From: Atractiella rhizophila
Lineage: Eukaryota
Assembly: GCA_021432655.1 (NCBI GenBank)
Contig: MU271252.1
Location: 67,357-121,294, forward strand
Length of the DNA: 53,938 nucleotides
Reading direction: 5' to 3'
In this document: positions 12,502 through 23,520 of the stretch, one piece after another
Layout: each line of letters starts with the position of its first letter
Position numbering within the stretch: position 1 is the stretch's first letter
Notes under the pieces: model-generated
Seen by the model: the letters and a program-made list of their open reading frames with translations, nothing else
What the model was told of the DNA's origin: nothing
The model's database searches: none
Program-made: the position numbers and the translations under genes

Positions 12502-12582
12502 GCTTAGATGGTTCAACGGTAGAATCGCTCGTTGCCAAGTTGCAAGTTCGAGTGGACCGGGGTTCGACTCCCCGTCTAAGCA
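12502..12582 (+). tRNA. tRNA-Gly(GCC) with 10-nt intron
   Basis: Acceptor GCTTAGA/TCTAAGC+A, D arm GTTC/GAAT, anticodon stem GCTCG/CGAGT with loop TTGCCA[AGTTGCAAGT]T, T arm CGGGG-TTCGACT-CCCCG, then TTTTT Pol III terminator. Confidence 0.95.
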
Positions 12583-12835
12583 CTTTTTACCTTGTCAATA
12601 CATGTTCGACACGTTGCTTGCAAAGTTGTCATTTCAGGAGAAAGGACATTTGGGGTCAGCAGTTTTGAAGGACGAAGAAGGGCTGTGAAGCTGGGGTCTG
12701 CATTGTTTTTGGAACGTATCTCTTGTTCCATTAAAGGCTGCAGTTTGAAACTGTTCATGTCCTGAGTTGAACTGGACTGGGTTCTCCTCAGGTAGAGAAC
12801 GTTTCTGAACGTGTGAGAGGAGAATCAACAAAAAG

Positions 12836-12916
12836 TGCTTAGACGGGGAGTCGAACCCCGGTCCACTCGAACTTGCAACTTGGCAACGAGCGATTCTACC
12901 GTTGAACCATCTAAGC
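12836..12916 (-). tRNA. tRNA-Gly(GCC) with 10-nt intron, identical inverted copy
   Basis: Exact reverse complement of 12502-12582, followed by TTTTT on the minus strand. Confidence 0.95.
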
Positions 12917-13438
12917 TGACATGACAAAACTTTTAGTTCTCCTTTGCCATTCCCTCTGCTTGCTCTGTTACTGTCGGCCAGAACAATAAACCTGATATCG
13001 TTTGACCAGAAGAGGAAGCACTCGCCTTTGGCCCCTGGTACTCTACCATCACTGTGGTGTCGCTGTACTGAAGGCTTCTCTCAAAGAATCTACGGGACCA
13101 GATGTAATTGTAATGGCCGCACGCTATAATGCGACAGTACTGGCCCGGATCTGTCAACTCCCCTCTACCTGGCTTTGAAAGCTTTACCGTATGGCCCGCT
13201 TGATGGTTTTGTCCTTAATAGTTCTCTGTACATAAAGCTGCACTTGCAGTCTGCTCAAACTATTTCTCCGGTCTTCGCCACTCTTGTGGGGATCTTCGGT
13301 TGTTCATCAATAAATCGATAAGGACTCTCATAAGTGTCCTGATCACTCTCTGTTGGTTACTACTACCAGTATTGTCACGTCATCACTTGAGAGTGGTCAT
13401 TCTCAGCCTCAGCATCTTAATTCAATATTCAAGCGAAG

Positions 13439-16400
13439 ATGTCTTCTCCAGCAATCGCAAACGGAGCAGATGGCCCCACAACGCGTTCAACTTCAGTGCT
13501 AATCGTTGGTGCGTCACGACCTCACTCACTTCATGCCCTAGGAGTTCTCACCTCGATTGCACAGGCGCCGGCCCTTCTGGGCTGATGCTGTCTCTCTGGC
13601 TTTCTACCCTTCGCGTACCGCACCTCCTCATCGACAAACGAGCTTCAAAGATCCACACAGGTCAGGCGGATGGGTTGCAGATTCGGACGATGGAGGTGCT
13701 GCAGAGCTTTGGGTTTGGGGAGAGGGTGTTTGAGGTGCGTCAAGCGCTAGCCCTTTTACGCACTGTTTGTGCCAATCCATGAGAATTCGTCCTCATTTAC
13801 GACACTGTTGTCCCTGGATTTGTGGCATAGGAAGCGTATCACATGCTCGAAGTCGCCTTCTGGGATCCGGATCCCTCCACTGGCCTACTCAAACGGACCC
13901 GTCGAGTTCCAGACAACCCGCCAGGATTAGGAAGTCATTTCTGCGAGTGTGTGTTGCACCAAGGTCCGTTCTTTCCATCATTTTCACCACAAAGGCATAG
14001 CCTGATGCGTGGTTGCTCCACGAAAGGGAGAATTGAGTCGTATTTCCTACAGGCCATCAGGGAGAGAGGAGGAGCAGGAGTTGAGCGCGCAGTTATCCCG
14101 ACAGAGATGCACATCCCTCCTCCGTCTTCCAAGGCGGACAAGATACGCGTCAAAGTACGCCATTTGCGGGCGGACGAGAGTGAGAAGGCGTGCGTCGATT
14201 CTACTATCATTTCCACTCTGCACCTCGGCTGACGAGAACTGATGTTTGAAGGAACTTTGCCCCAACCGCCAACTCAGTCCCCTCTGGCCTCTTCCGGTCC
14301 AATCTCTTCGCAGAGGATGAACTGGATGCCCATCCTATTGGGGCCGCCGAGGAAGGGAGTGAGGAGTGGATCGAAGCTGATTATGTCGTGGGATGCGATG
14401 GGGCGAGGAGTTGGGTACGGGGTCAGTTAGGATGGAAGTTGGAGGGAGAAGCAGCGAATTACTACTGGGTATCGCCCTTGTGAAGAGAAGGGCGAGTAGT
14501 TTGACGCTTGTTTGGCACAGGGGGTACTCGATGGGATCCCGATCACAGATTTTCCAGACATCAGAAAGAGATGTGCGATACATTCGGCTGGTACGTCTCC
14601 ATTTCCTTCGATGGCTTTGTTACTTTCCTTCTCCGCTCCCGCTACTGCAATAAACTTACGGATGGGGTATTAGACGCTGGAAGTGTCATGATTATCCCTC
14701 GCGAACGTCAAAGTGCGTCTCCTCCACTTCTCACCATTGTGCACGAGGCTGAGGAAAGTGCGGCAGTTGTCAGACTTTACGTGATGCTGGGACAAACGGA
14801 AGAAGGAAAGCGCATTGACAGGACCAAAATTTCTCCAGAAATGATACTCTCTACCGCACGAAACATTTTCAAGACCTATGCTTTCGATATCAAGGAAATC
14901 GAGTGGTGGTGCGTCTATTTATTTCGATAATGTATCACTCTGAGTGCTAAGTGGGTACGCTGAACAGGACGTGTTACGAAATCAGTTTGTTTTCCTTGTC
15001 GATCGCGGCTGAGGTCGTGCTAAGCTGTATCACAAGGTCAACGACTATGCCCGAACTTCTCAGCAAACAACAGAGTATTCATTGCAGGGTACGCTTTTAA
15101 CTCCCCCGACAGAATGACTCTTGCTCATCCTTTGCCGGAAGGGATGCTTGTCATACGCATAGGTGAGCTCGCTTATTCTGCTTGCAAACATTTTTTGAGG
15201 CTTTTATAGCCCGAAAGCGGGTCGTGAGTCCTCTTTTGTGCCTTCGGATTTTGACCTAGCTCAAGCGACGCATAGAGGGGATGAATGTGTCCATGATGGA
15301 TGTAGATGTTTTTCTCCTACCTGACTACCCAAATTACTGAACCCGTTCTAGACTTACAATCTGGGATGGAAGTGAGTTATTCTTATGCCCCAAACTCATC
15401 GCCTAAGAGCCGCACAGGCTTGGGCACGTCGTGAAAGGGCTTGCGAAACCTCACATCCTGGAAACGTACGAGTTAGAGCGACGACAAGTAGCCAAGGACC
15501 TCGTAGGAACTTCCCAAAATTTTTCTCATAGGTCCTGCTCATGATGAACCCTCGTCAATAGATTGAATTCGACCATAAATTCTCCCGCTTGTTCTCCGGA
15601 AAGCCAGCGAAGGATGCTGCTGACGAGGCAGGTATATCCCTAGAGGAGTTCCACCGTGTGTTTGAGCAGGCCGGACGGTTTGTGGCTCATGAAAGGCAAG
15701 AGGCTAATTGCTCATGTTAATTGTTATCACAGTTTCACTTCTGGAGTCGGCTGCAACTATCCCCAATCCTCTGTAGTTGCGAAAACGCAGGGGGAGAGCA
15801 TTTCGAGCGTGCAATCCCTAGCTTCGAATGTCCCAATAGGGACCGTCTTTCGCGAATTCCAAATGGTATGTTTCAGCGATGCACGTCCACGAAAATCTCT
15901 CGAGATGATGCCATCCGACGGTCGTTGGAGAGTGTGGATCTTCCCTGGAGATGTCGCCCGCTTCCCGGAGCAAATGACGAAGTTCCAGAGCCTCTGTGCT
16001 TTCCTCGAGGAGATGATTGGGCTTTACACACCAAAGGGCCAAGACTTGGACAGCGTCGTTGAAGTGTTAGCGTGCATCGCGAATGAAACTGAAACGATCG
16101 AGTGGGAGGATTTCCCACAGATCCTGAAGCCACGGAAGGGGGCTTTTGGGTATATGGATTATTGGAAGAGTGCGTTTCCACTCGTTCAAACGCATGGATT
16201 CATTCTTGTCTAGTTTACGTGGATGAACAATCCTACCATGAAGGCCACGGTCAAGCCTACAATTATCTTGGAGTAGCTGCTGAGGAAGGAGCAGTAATAA
16301 TCCTCAGACCTGACCATTATGTCTCCATGATTCAGCGACTTGACTCTCACGCTAGCATAGGTTGGTATCGCTCACTGAATTTCCTGTTGAAGCTTACGGA

Positions 16401-16454
16401 TTGTCCGCAGGACAATTTTTTGCCCAAGTACTCGTCCCTCAGAACAAGCCTTAG
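13439..16454 (+). CDS. FAD-dependent phenol 2-monooxygenase (phenol hydroxylase family), many short exons
   Basis: [82 protein letters not shown], C-terminal SDGRWR and ILRPDHYV. Confidence 0.95.
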
Positions 16455-16542
16455 ATTCCGAGTTGTCCTGCTCATACGAAACATTCGCAGACTAAACTGC
16501 TCCAGATAAAGATCTTGTAACAAGTATGTACATTTGAACATA

Positions 16543-18219
16543 TCATTTGTACTTATCTAGGAAAAGATGAATGTCATTGTTACCTTTGTCCATGTCCCAT
16601 TTTTTGAGAGTCGACATTGCAGGTTTTGACTCGATCCAAGCATCTACCAACCTCTTTACGCTCGCCATGACTGTTGTAGCAGAGGAGTAAACTAACTCTG
16701 GGTAGGGCGGCATGGCGGGAGCTCCATGTTGAGGATTATTAAGGATCTGTGCGGTTGGGTCCGGTAGTACCCCAATAACGCTTTTCCTCCTTTTCCTGCG
16801 CCGCGGCGAATTCTCCTTCCTCCCCATCCAAATCTCCCAATCCTCCACAATCAGAGCCTTCCGTAGTGCACTCTCTGCAACATAACGCCGAAACTCCCAT
16901 ACGAAAGTTGATGAGACTTCTGCATAAGATTTCACCTTCGGCTTGCGCAGCCGTCTTTTATCTTGCGTCATAACCTCCATCATCTTCTCCCCTAGTGCTC
17001 TCACTTTCCACAACTCCATTTCGTCCACGACGAACGAGCGCAGAAGCCCAACAGCACGGTGTTGAGCATTTATGTTCTCCAGCAACTTGAGGAATCGAAC
17101 CATCTCCTTATAATCAGTAATTTGCGAGTCAAGGAAGTACAGAACTTTCAAGTGGATAATGGGATAAGGTTGCAAGCGAATTTGGAAGCAGAATTGGATG
17201 TAGAACTGGAATAGTTGCTGCATGCTGAAAGTTGATTTGCTAACATGAACTTCAGAAAGCTCATGGAATTTGTCAGCTATGACAGATCGATCGACTGCGA
17301 GATGCTTGAGCTGGATACAACACCGTCTAGGAGGAGACGTACCATCTGATGCCCACATGTTTGACATTTCAATAATTAAACTCTCTCTCAGTAATCTAGC
17401 ATCCTTTAGGGGCATTTCGGATAAGTAAACCCTATATAGTCGCCCGGGGAATCGAATCGACATTTGCTTGTGCCGTGGAAGGTTTGGAACGGATAATTGA
17501 ATGTGTGGTGGAGCTGATAAATGAGGCTGAGGAATAAAAGGCTGAGGTATAATGGATTGCAGGTAAGGCGATTGGATGGCCATGACTGGCCTGAGAGTGA
17601 TCGGCGGTACCTTTGTAACGGCAGGAGAGCGCACAGTAGATGTAGGTGTCGGCAGCTGTGCGACAATCGCTCCTCGTTTTGGCGTCACAGTAGAATGTGC
17701 TCTTGGCGGAGTTGAAGACATAAGCTGAGAGGCATGGGGTACGATTAGGTTGCCTCTCAATGTGGGAACCACGGCACCACAATTGGACGGTTGATTCACA
17801 ACCAGGGATTGGGGCGGTATAGATTGACTCGATGCTATTGAAGAGGCAACTGTGGTGGGCTCCTTTGCAAGACTTCCTGGGACTGCTACTAAAGTCGCAA
17901 CAGGATCCACAGTGTTCATACACGTTGACGTCGTTATGGTGTTGTCCGAGGGACTGGCTGAGGCGACTGCTGAATGCCTTTTGGGAAAAGATGTCGAAGA
18001 CACCAAAGGCGGATTCGAAGGAGCACCAGAAGACACGGCCGCATGAAATTCACTGCACGATGCCTGTGCCACTCTGGTGGATTCGAATGGGGCACACAGC
18101 GGGGTTGTCTTCTGGGACACCGAAGTTACTTTGAATTTCAACATAATTTTTTTTGCTGGTGGGTAATCTACCATCGGAAACTTCTGAGGAGGTCGAATAA
18201 CGAATGTTGTACGCACCAT
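16543..18219 (-). CDS. Hypothetical protein, 558 aa; Ser/Pro/Thr-rich N half and a helical C half resembling a tyrosine-recombinase core-binding domain
   Basis: Long uninterrupted ORF; motif FYIQFCFQIRLQPYPIIHLKVLYFL; basic NLS-like RRRKRRK. Confidence 0.65.
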   Translation of the reverse strand: MVRTTFVIRPPQKFPMVDYPPAKKIMLKFKVTSVSQKTTPLCAPFESTRVAQASCSEFHAAVSSGAPSNPPLVSSTSFPKRHSAVASASPSDNTITTSTCMNTVDPVATLVAVPGSLAKEPTTVASSIASSQSIPPQSLVVNQPSNCGAVVPTLRGNLIVPHASQLMSSTPPRAHSTVTPKRGAIVAQLPTPTSTVRSPAVTKVPPITLRPVMAIQSPYLQSIIPQPFIPQPHLSAPPHIQLSVPNLPRHKQMSIRFPGRLYRVYLSEMPLKDARLLRESLIIEMSNMWASDGTSPPRRCCIQLKHLAVDRSVIADKFHELSEVHVSKSTFSMQQLFQFYIQFCFQIRLQPYPIIHLKVLYFLDSQITDYKEMVRFLKLLENINAQHRAVGLLRSFVVDEMELWKVRALGEKMMEVMTQDKRRLRKPKVKSYAEVSSTFVWEFRRYVAESALRKALIVEDWEIWMGRKENSPRRRKRRKSVIGVLPDPTAQILNNPQHGAPAMPPYPELVYSSATTVMASVKRLVDAWIESKPAMSTLKKWDMDKGNNDIHLFLDKYK

Positions 18220-19446
18220 TGTCGCTAGCCGATCGCTTCATAATACTGCGTGAGGTCGTGGGGCTATCAAGCTTCCCCATAGAAAGATTGCCGGACGCAC
18301 TAGATGGTCGATTCGCTGGTGGAGCTTGACCCTGCACAGCCATCCAGGAGAGATCTCGGCCCAGGGAAGAAGGGGCGTCTGTAACAACGTGCATCAGTTA
18401 TGTGTTTCGCTTGAATAGCAGTTTCGTTGCATAACGCTATCATCGGTGTAGTTTTACCAATATTTAACTTCCCTTGGAACTGAACACAATAAGCTCTGGC
18501 ATTAAGGCACTATTACTTTGTTTCCCCGTACCCTGGAGATCTTCCACACAGTACGCTTTTGTTGAAGCAGCCGGCTTGGACTCTTGATCAAACGAGCTTC
18601 CTCTGAGAGCAAGCTCAATTAAATGCGTCTTACTGGAGGCTGTAGTTGTACACTTCTGCTCTGCGACAACGTCGAAGAAAACAAGGACTCTTTCAGAAGT
18701 TCAAGGGATGAAGCCCTCTGCAGTCGCAGCGTGTAACAACGGGCAAAGGCTCGATGAAAATGGAGAACGGAAGAAATAGTAGACGACAAGCACGCAAAGT
18801 TCCTAAGTATTTACTGTCGAGGTGCTCAACTGAGTGATGCTCACTCCTGTCTTCATCTGGGGACACGACACATGTCTGCAACTTTAAAACAGCGTACTCC
18901 TCAACTACGCGTTAGTGAAGTCGAGAGGTTCACTTCTGGTACCTTTATTAACAGAAAAAAGGCGATGAATGGTCACCACGCGTGCCATGCAAACACAGAT
19001 GGTTCCTGCCGAACGAGCTGAGGCTCACATACCCCGTCCCTCTTTGGTGAATAAAAGCATACCTTTGCTTTCTGCCACTACCTGATTGCCCCCTCCCTCG
19101 ACTTCAACATTCTCTATCTCGTCCAATACTTCGATTTCCTCATCCTCATCCTCATCCCTTGGTGTTCCGGCCAGCCCTTCGTTACTACCCATCTCTTCGG
19201 TGCAATTTCAAGCAGTTTCGAGCGTGCTGTCATGAAACAAAGGCGATTGCGATCCTAGAAACAGCTGTTAGAGCTGGTTGTTCTCAACGATCGCAACTTT
19301 AGACGGTTACACATCTTTCACGTGCAGGCTCGTTTTGCATTTTGCACTGCATTTTTACAATGATCGTTGCAATGACAGTTTAGGAAATCAACATTTTTCG
19401 TCCTAAAATTCCATCGTGGCGTCCACATGGACGGTCACGTTCACAT

Positions 19447-20740
19447 TTACGACAGACCCCTGTAGGTAGCAACTTGGGCAGTCATCCTGGTGGCCTGTCC
19501 AGCCGTGAAGAGGTTCATGCAGCTGTCATCAGAGTAGTCCATGTCTGCAACACATCTGGCATTAGCCTGCAGACTTCCAGAGTACGACGAAAGACTGACA
19601 GTTATGGATGTTATCAACTCCGCCTCCGGAGCAGGTGTCCTTTCCAGTGGGGCATCCAAAGGAAGGAGTCTTCTGAGGAGCGGTATCAGTGACGAGATCG
19701 TAGTTGTTGCAGGCGGTTTGATTGTCATCAAAGACGTGGTAGAGTCCGAACCAGTGACCAGCTGCACAACCGCATTACTTCAGCGCGTGTGCAAGCAACT
19801 AACAAAGGACAAACCTTCGTGCGTCAGCGTCCTACCCAAATTGTAGGGAGAAGCAGACCCTCCAGGGACGGAAGAGTAGAGGATGACCACTCCATCGTCA
19901 GTGGGATCGGAGCTATCCAACACGTCCATCCGCCGTCAGCTTGTATCCTCTTTGGAATCACAGAAAGGGAAGACCGCACCTGTATTCCCAAGGGAATGTG
20001 GCATATCCGAGCGTTCCAGATCCATCGTTGAATCCAACCTGGAACGAACAGTTCAGCAAGTAAGAGGAAGGTGATTAAGCAAAGTCGCACGGAGTAGACG
20101 TTGAGGTCTCCGGCATTTCCTTGGTGGAGAGCAGTCTTCATGGCCGTTTGGGTGGAAGTTCACAAATTGGCCCTGTTGAACCATGTGGATTGCTGAGTGC
20201 GGGTAGTGCCAGCGAGGCGGAAGGTGATACCGCTGGAAGCGTAATCTGCGTTCAAAACGGAGCTGTTGGCGCAGATCATTCACTACAATTGTCAGCTCAG
20301 AACGCGATGAAGTGCGTACATTTGAGAAGCGATCTGAGAATCGGGAATGTATCCCTGGGAGACAGAGGTGGAGCTGTACCAAACACATTTTGAACAACTT
20401 TTGTTAATTTGGAGCGGGAAGAGAGCTTACGCGTAAATGACATGCCAGTACACATCAACCACAGAGGAGATGCGGGCACCGGAGGCGGTCCTCGAAGCTG
20501 GGGAGAAAGATGCAAGTGTCTGACCCTTAGCGGCGAGGATAGCCTCAAACTCCTTGGTCTGAGCCTTAATCTGATCAGTGGTCGCAGAAACACCGCAGTT
20601 CCTTCATCATTGTAATCAACAACGAGCGAGAGGGCAGTAACTGTGTGAAGGACTGACCTAACGAGACCAGAGCCGTTGGCGGCAGGGGCCGCAAGGGCAG
20701 AGGCAGCGAGAGCGACAAAGGTGGCAGCCTTGGAGAGCAT
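19447..20740 (-). CDS. Secreted M43 (pappalysin-like) zinc metalloprotease, interrupted by one in-frame TGA at 20160-20162
   Basis: Signal peptide MLSKAATFVALAASALA, RNCG cysteine switch, VYWHVI, LGYATFPW, DDGVVI, YNLGRTLTHEAGHWFGLYH, NYMDYSDDSCM. Confidence 0.9.
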
Positions 20741-22537
20741 TTTGAAGCTACAGAAGCAACGAAAGGAAAGGCAGGGCACAAAGAGCGGTAGGGATTAAGA
20801 ATGAGACGTCCCCCCATTTTATACGTTTTCCACAAGGGTAACCAGAGACAAGTACATGCACGATCGTTGTCCGGCCCATCCTCCTTCCCACACATGTTGG
20901 TGGGATTAGATCCAAGGTACTATCCCGCCTGTCGTGAAGGCTGCACGCGATTGCAGTCCTCCTCTTTCTCTCCCACTGAGTTGTGGTTGCGCTATCACCT
21001 AAATTACGCACACGGAGAGACAAACAAGGCCTGCATGATAATCGAACTGAATTATTGCAATACCAGCGAAACGCTTGGCACGGCCTTAAACTGTTCTCTG
21101 CTTGCCCAGCCCGTTCTGACGCATTCGTAGCCATGCGTTGGAGCAAACGTATTGCCTTACGTACTTTCGAACTAAGGGGCAGCAAGAAAGTTGGATGCAG
21201 GATCACACCAGATAGGAACGATAGAAATTCCAATTCTGATACGCCAGAAGGAAGTGGAGACTTGCGCGCACACAGTTTCATCACGAGATATTAGATAGGG
21301 AGAAGTTGCAATCCCAAGTTCGTAAAGACTCACGCGATCCCAGAGCGGAAAGTGCGGGAACCGAGAAGTAACAGTATCCATCCAGCCCAGCTGACGATAA
21401 GGGATGACTATGCAACAGATAGATAACAACCGAATGAACAGGTAAAACTTGATGATATGTGAGGCCATTTGATTCGCTTTCAAAGCGATACTCTCCGCAT
21501 TCCCGGTATTGCGCGACGATTCAGAGTCTCTTCCCTCGTCAGGGAGGCAGGAAGCATTGATATTGTCCTTGGGACATTCGAGCTGGCTTTTTCAGCTACT
21601 GCAGGCTGAGACAGATTACAGACCCTCGAACGAAATGGGAGGGATTTGATGAACAACTTGATTGAACACACTTGCGACTAGGCGGCCCATGAATGTAAAC
21701 TCCCCCTTGTTAATCCTCCTAACCAGCCCCCCTTGGTTCACTATGCTTCCAATCTCTGCGGCTTTGATAGATGTTCAATCGAATTTGGGATGTAGCGGTG
21801 GAGCAAGCAGGAAGAGAACGAATCCTAGGCTTCTTTTATGAAGGGTGTCAGATACAGCCAGCTACTTTTAGCACTTTCACGCGTTGTCTTGCTCTTATGA
21901 TCCAAGCTGCGCTTTCGCCTCCCAAAATAGTTCTGCTGTCATCCGCTGCCCTGATACGTAAGCGCAGCTCACACATAATCACATAATCCAATGAAGGGAC
22001 ATTGCTGGCTGAACATCGTGGAGTTGTCAGCATTTGTTAATTCCATTTCTTGGATGTTGCACATCTCACTGCATTCTTATGGAGGATAGCGTGGGACAGC
22101 AGATGCTTGTACAAGAAATTTGTTAATTGCAACTCTCCAAACAATGTAGTGATAACGACTTTTTTCATTTATCTACGAGGCTGCTTCGAGCGTGTGACAG
22201 AGGTCAAGATTTTGATGATTCACCACACCTCAAACAGAATATCCCTTTAAGCTGCTATCCAACGAAGGGACATACCTTGTACCTACTCTTCCTCGTACAC
22301 AGTACTGAAAAACATTCCCTTTCTGTCGGTTTGTCCATCAGTTTGCGACCTCCCCCCTCTTGTATCAACACCAACCATTTGCATTTGACCATGACACTTT
22401 TACCAGCTTTCCACGAAACCGATGGGGTTCCTTTTTTGCTCTGAACGATGCGTGATGATGATGATGAAGCAAGATGAAGGTGTCACACACGTGATTTCTG
22501 CCATTTCTTGACTTTTTCCTTCTTCTATCATTGCGAA

Positions 22538-23013
22538 ATGGGGTAGGCGGCTGGCATTATGGCATTAATATATGCTGACGTTAATTTTGCAGACGGGTAC
22601 AACACGGCTCCCGCACCAAAGGATCAGCCAAATCTCAAGGCAAAGCACGAAAAACTAAACGTTACACGAGGGACCTGGATCAAATCCATGGGGACCTTTC
22701 TAACCCTTCTTCCCTGCCGGTGGGGGAGGTAGGAGACACAGATTTGCCAGGTATATCTTGTTTCATCCATTTTGCCAGCAAGTTGATGGAGATATCATAC
22801 ACAGGGGAAGGAAAGTTCTATTGCACCGAATGTGCGCGCCATTTCATCGATGAGGGAACACGAGCGAAGCATAGGCGCTCGAAGGTACATAGGAGAAGGG
22901 TGAAGGAGTTGAAGGACGAACCGTACGATCTGAAGGAGGCGGAAATGGCTGCCGGGCTGGGGACGGATAATTCTCGCCACACCATGGTGGCTGATATGGT
23001 TGTGGAGGCTTGA
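22538..23013 (+). CDS. BUD20: Bud20/ZNF593 C2H2 zinc-finger 60S biogenesis factor
   Basis: MG/RVQH..RKTKRYTRDLDQIHGDL..DLPG.GKFYCTECARHF..HRRSKVHRRRVKELKDEPY; two introns. Confidence 0.92.
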
Positions 23014-23520
23014 ATGTTCTTTCTGATCTAAGATCGGTCAACTTTTTCTCAAAGTCAGAATGGCGAGTGCTCAGTAATCCACATATGTTGTATCTATTAC
23101 CTGATTTGTTGCCAATTAGAGCAGTATCACTTTGCTTGCTACTCCTCTTGCGGCTGACCCTCCTTTTCAGAGCGAAATTTTTATCTGTTCAGCGAGGATT
23201 AAAGATTTTTATCTACGCTGACGTGAAGATCACAGCCTCAAGGCCGCGTTATCAGACAGCTGAACCTGCGATGGGTGAAGTTGTGCCGCTGAATGGCGTT
23301 CACAATCGGGAGACTGATCGCGAGAGCTCTTCAACCTTCTTCGCAGGTTACCATTGAAAGGCATAGTGGCCATTCTAGCTCAAGAATGGAAAAACCAACG
23401 TATATATTTGGCAGAATACTTGATACAAGCTACACTCTAATCCAACACCAACCGAGAAGTACACCTGCACTGCACAAAGAGCATGTCCATCACTCCAGTC
23501 CATTTCGTACATCAAGTCGG

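Noticed and set aside
14981..15040. Ser instead of the usual Gly at phase-1 splice junctions (YEISQR here; SETNS in GH79), hinting at shifted splicing or editing
   Set aside because: Canonical GT-AG splicing keeps the frame and Gly/Ser exchange is plausible; two cases are too few.
20160..20162. Selenocysteine or a TGA-reassigned genetic code
   Set aside because: CSC1, DM9, BUD20, the phosphatase, kinesin and GH79 all end in TGA; the position is not a Cys site and no SECIS is evident.
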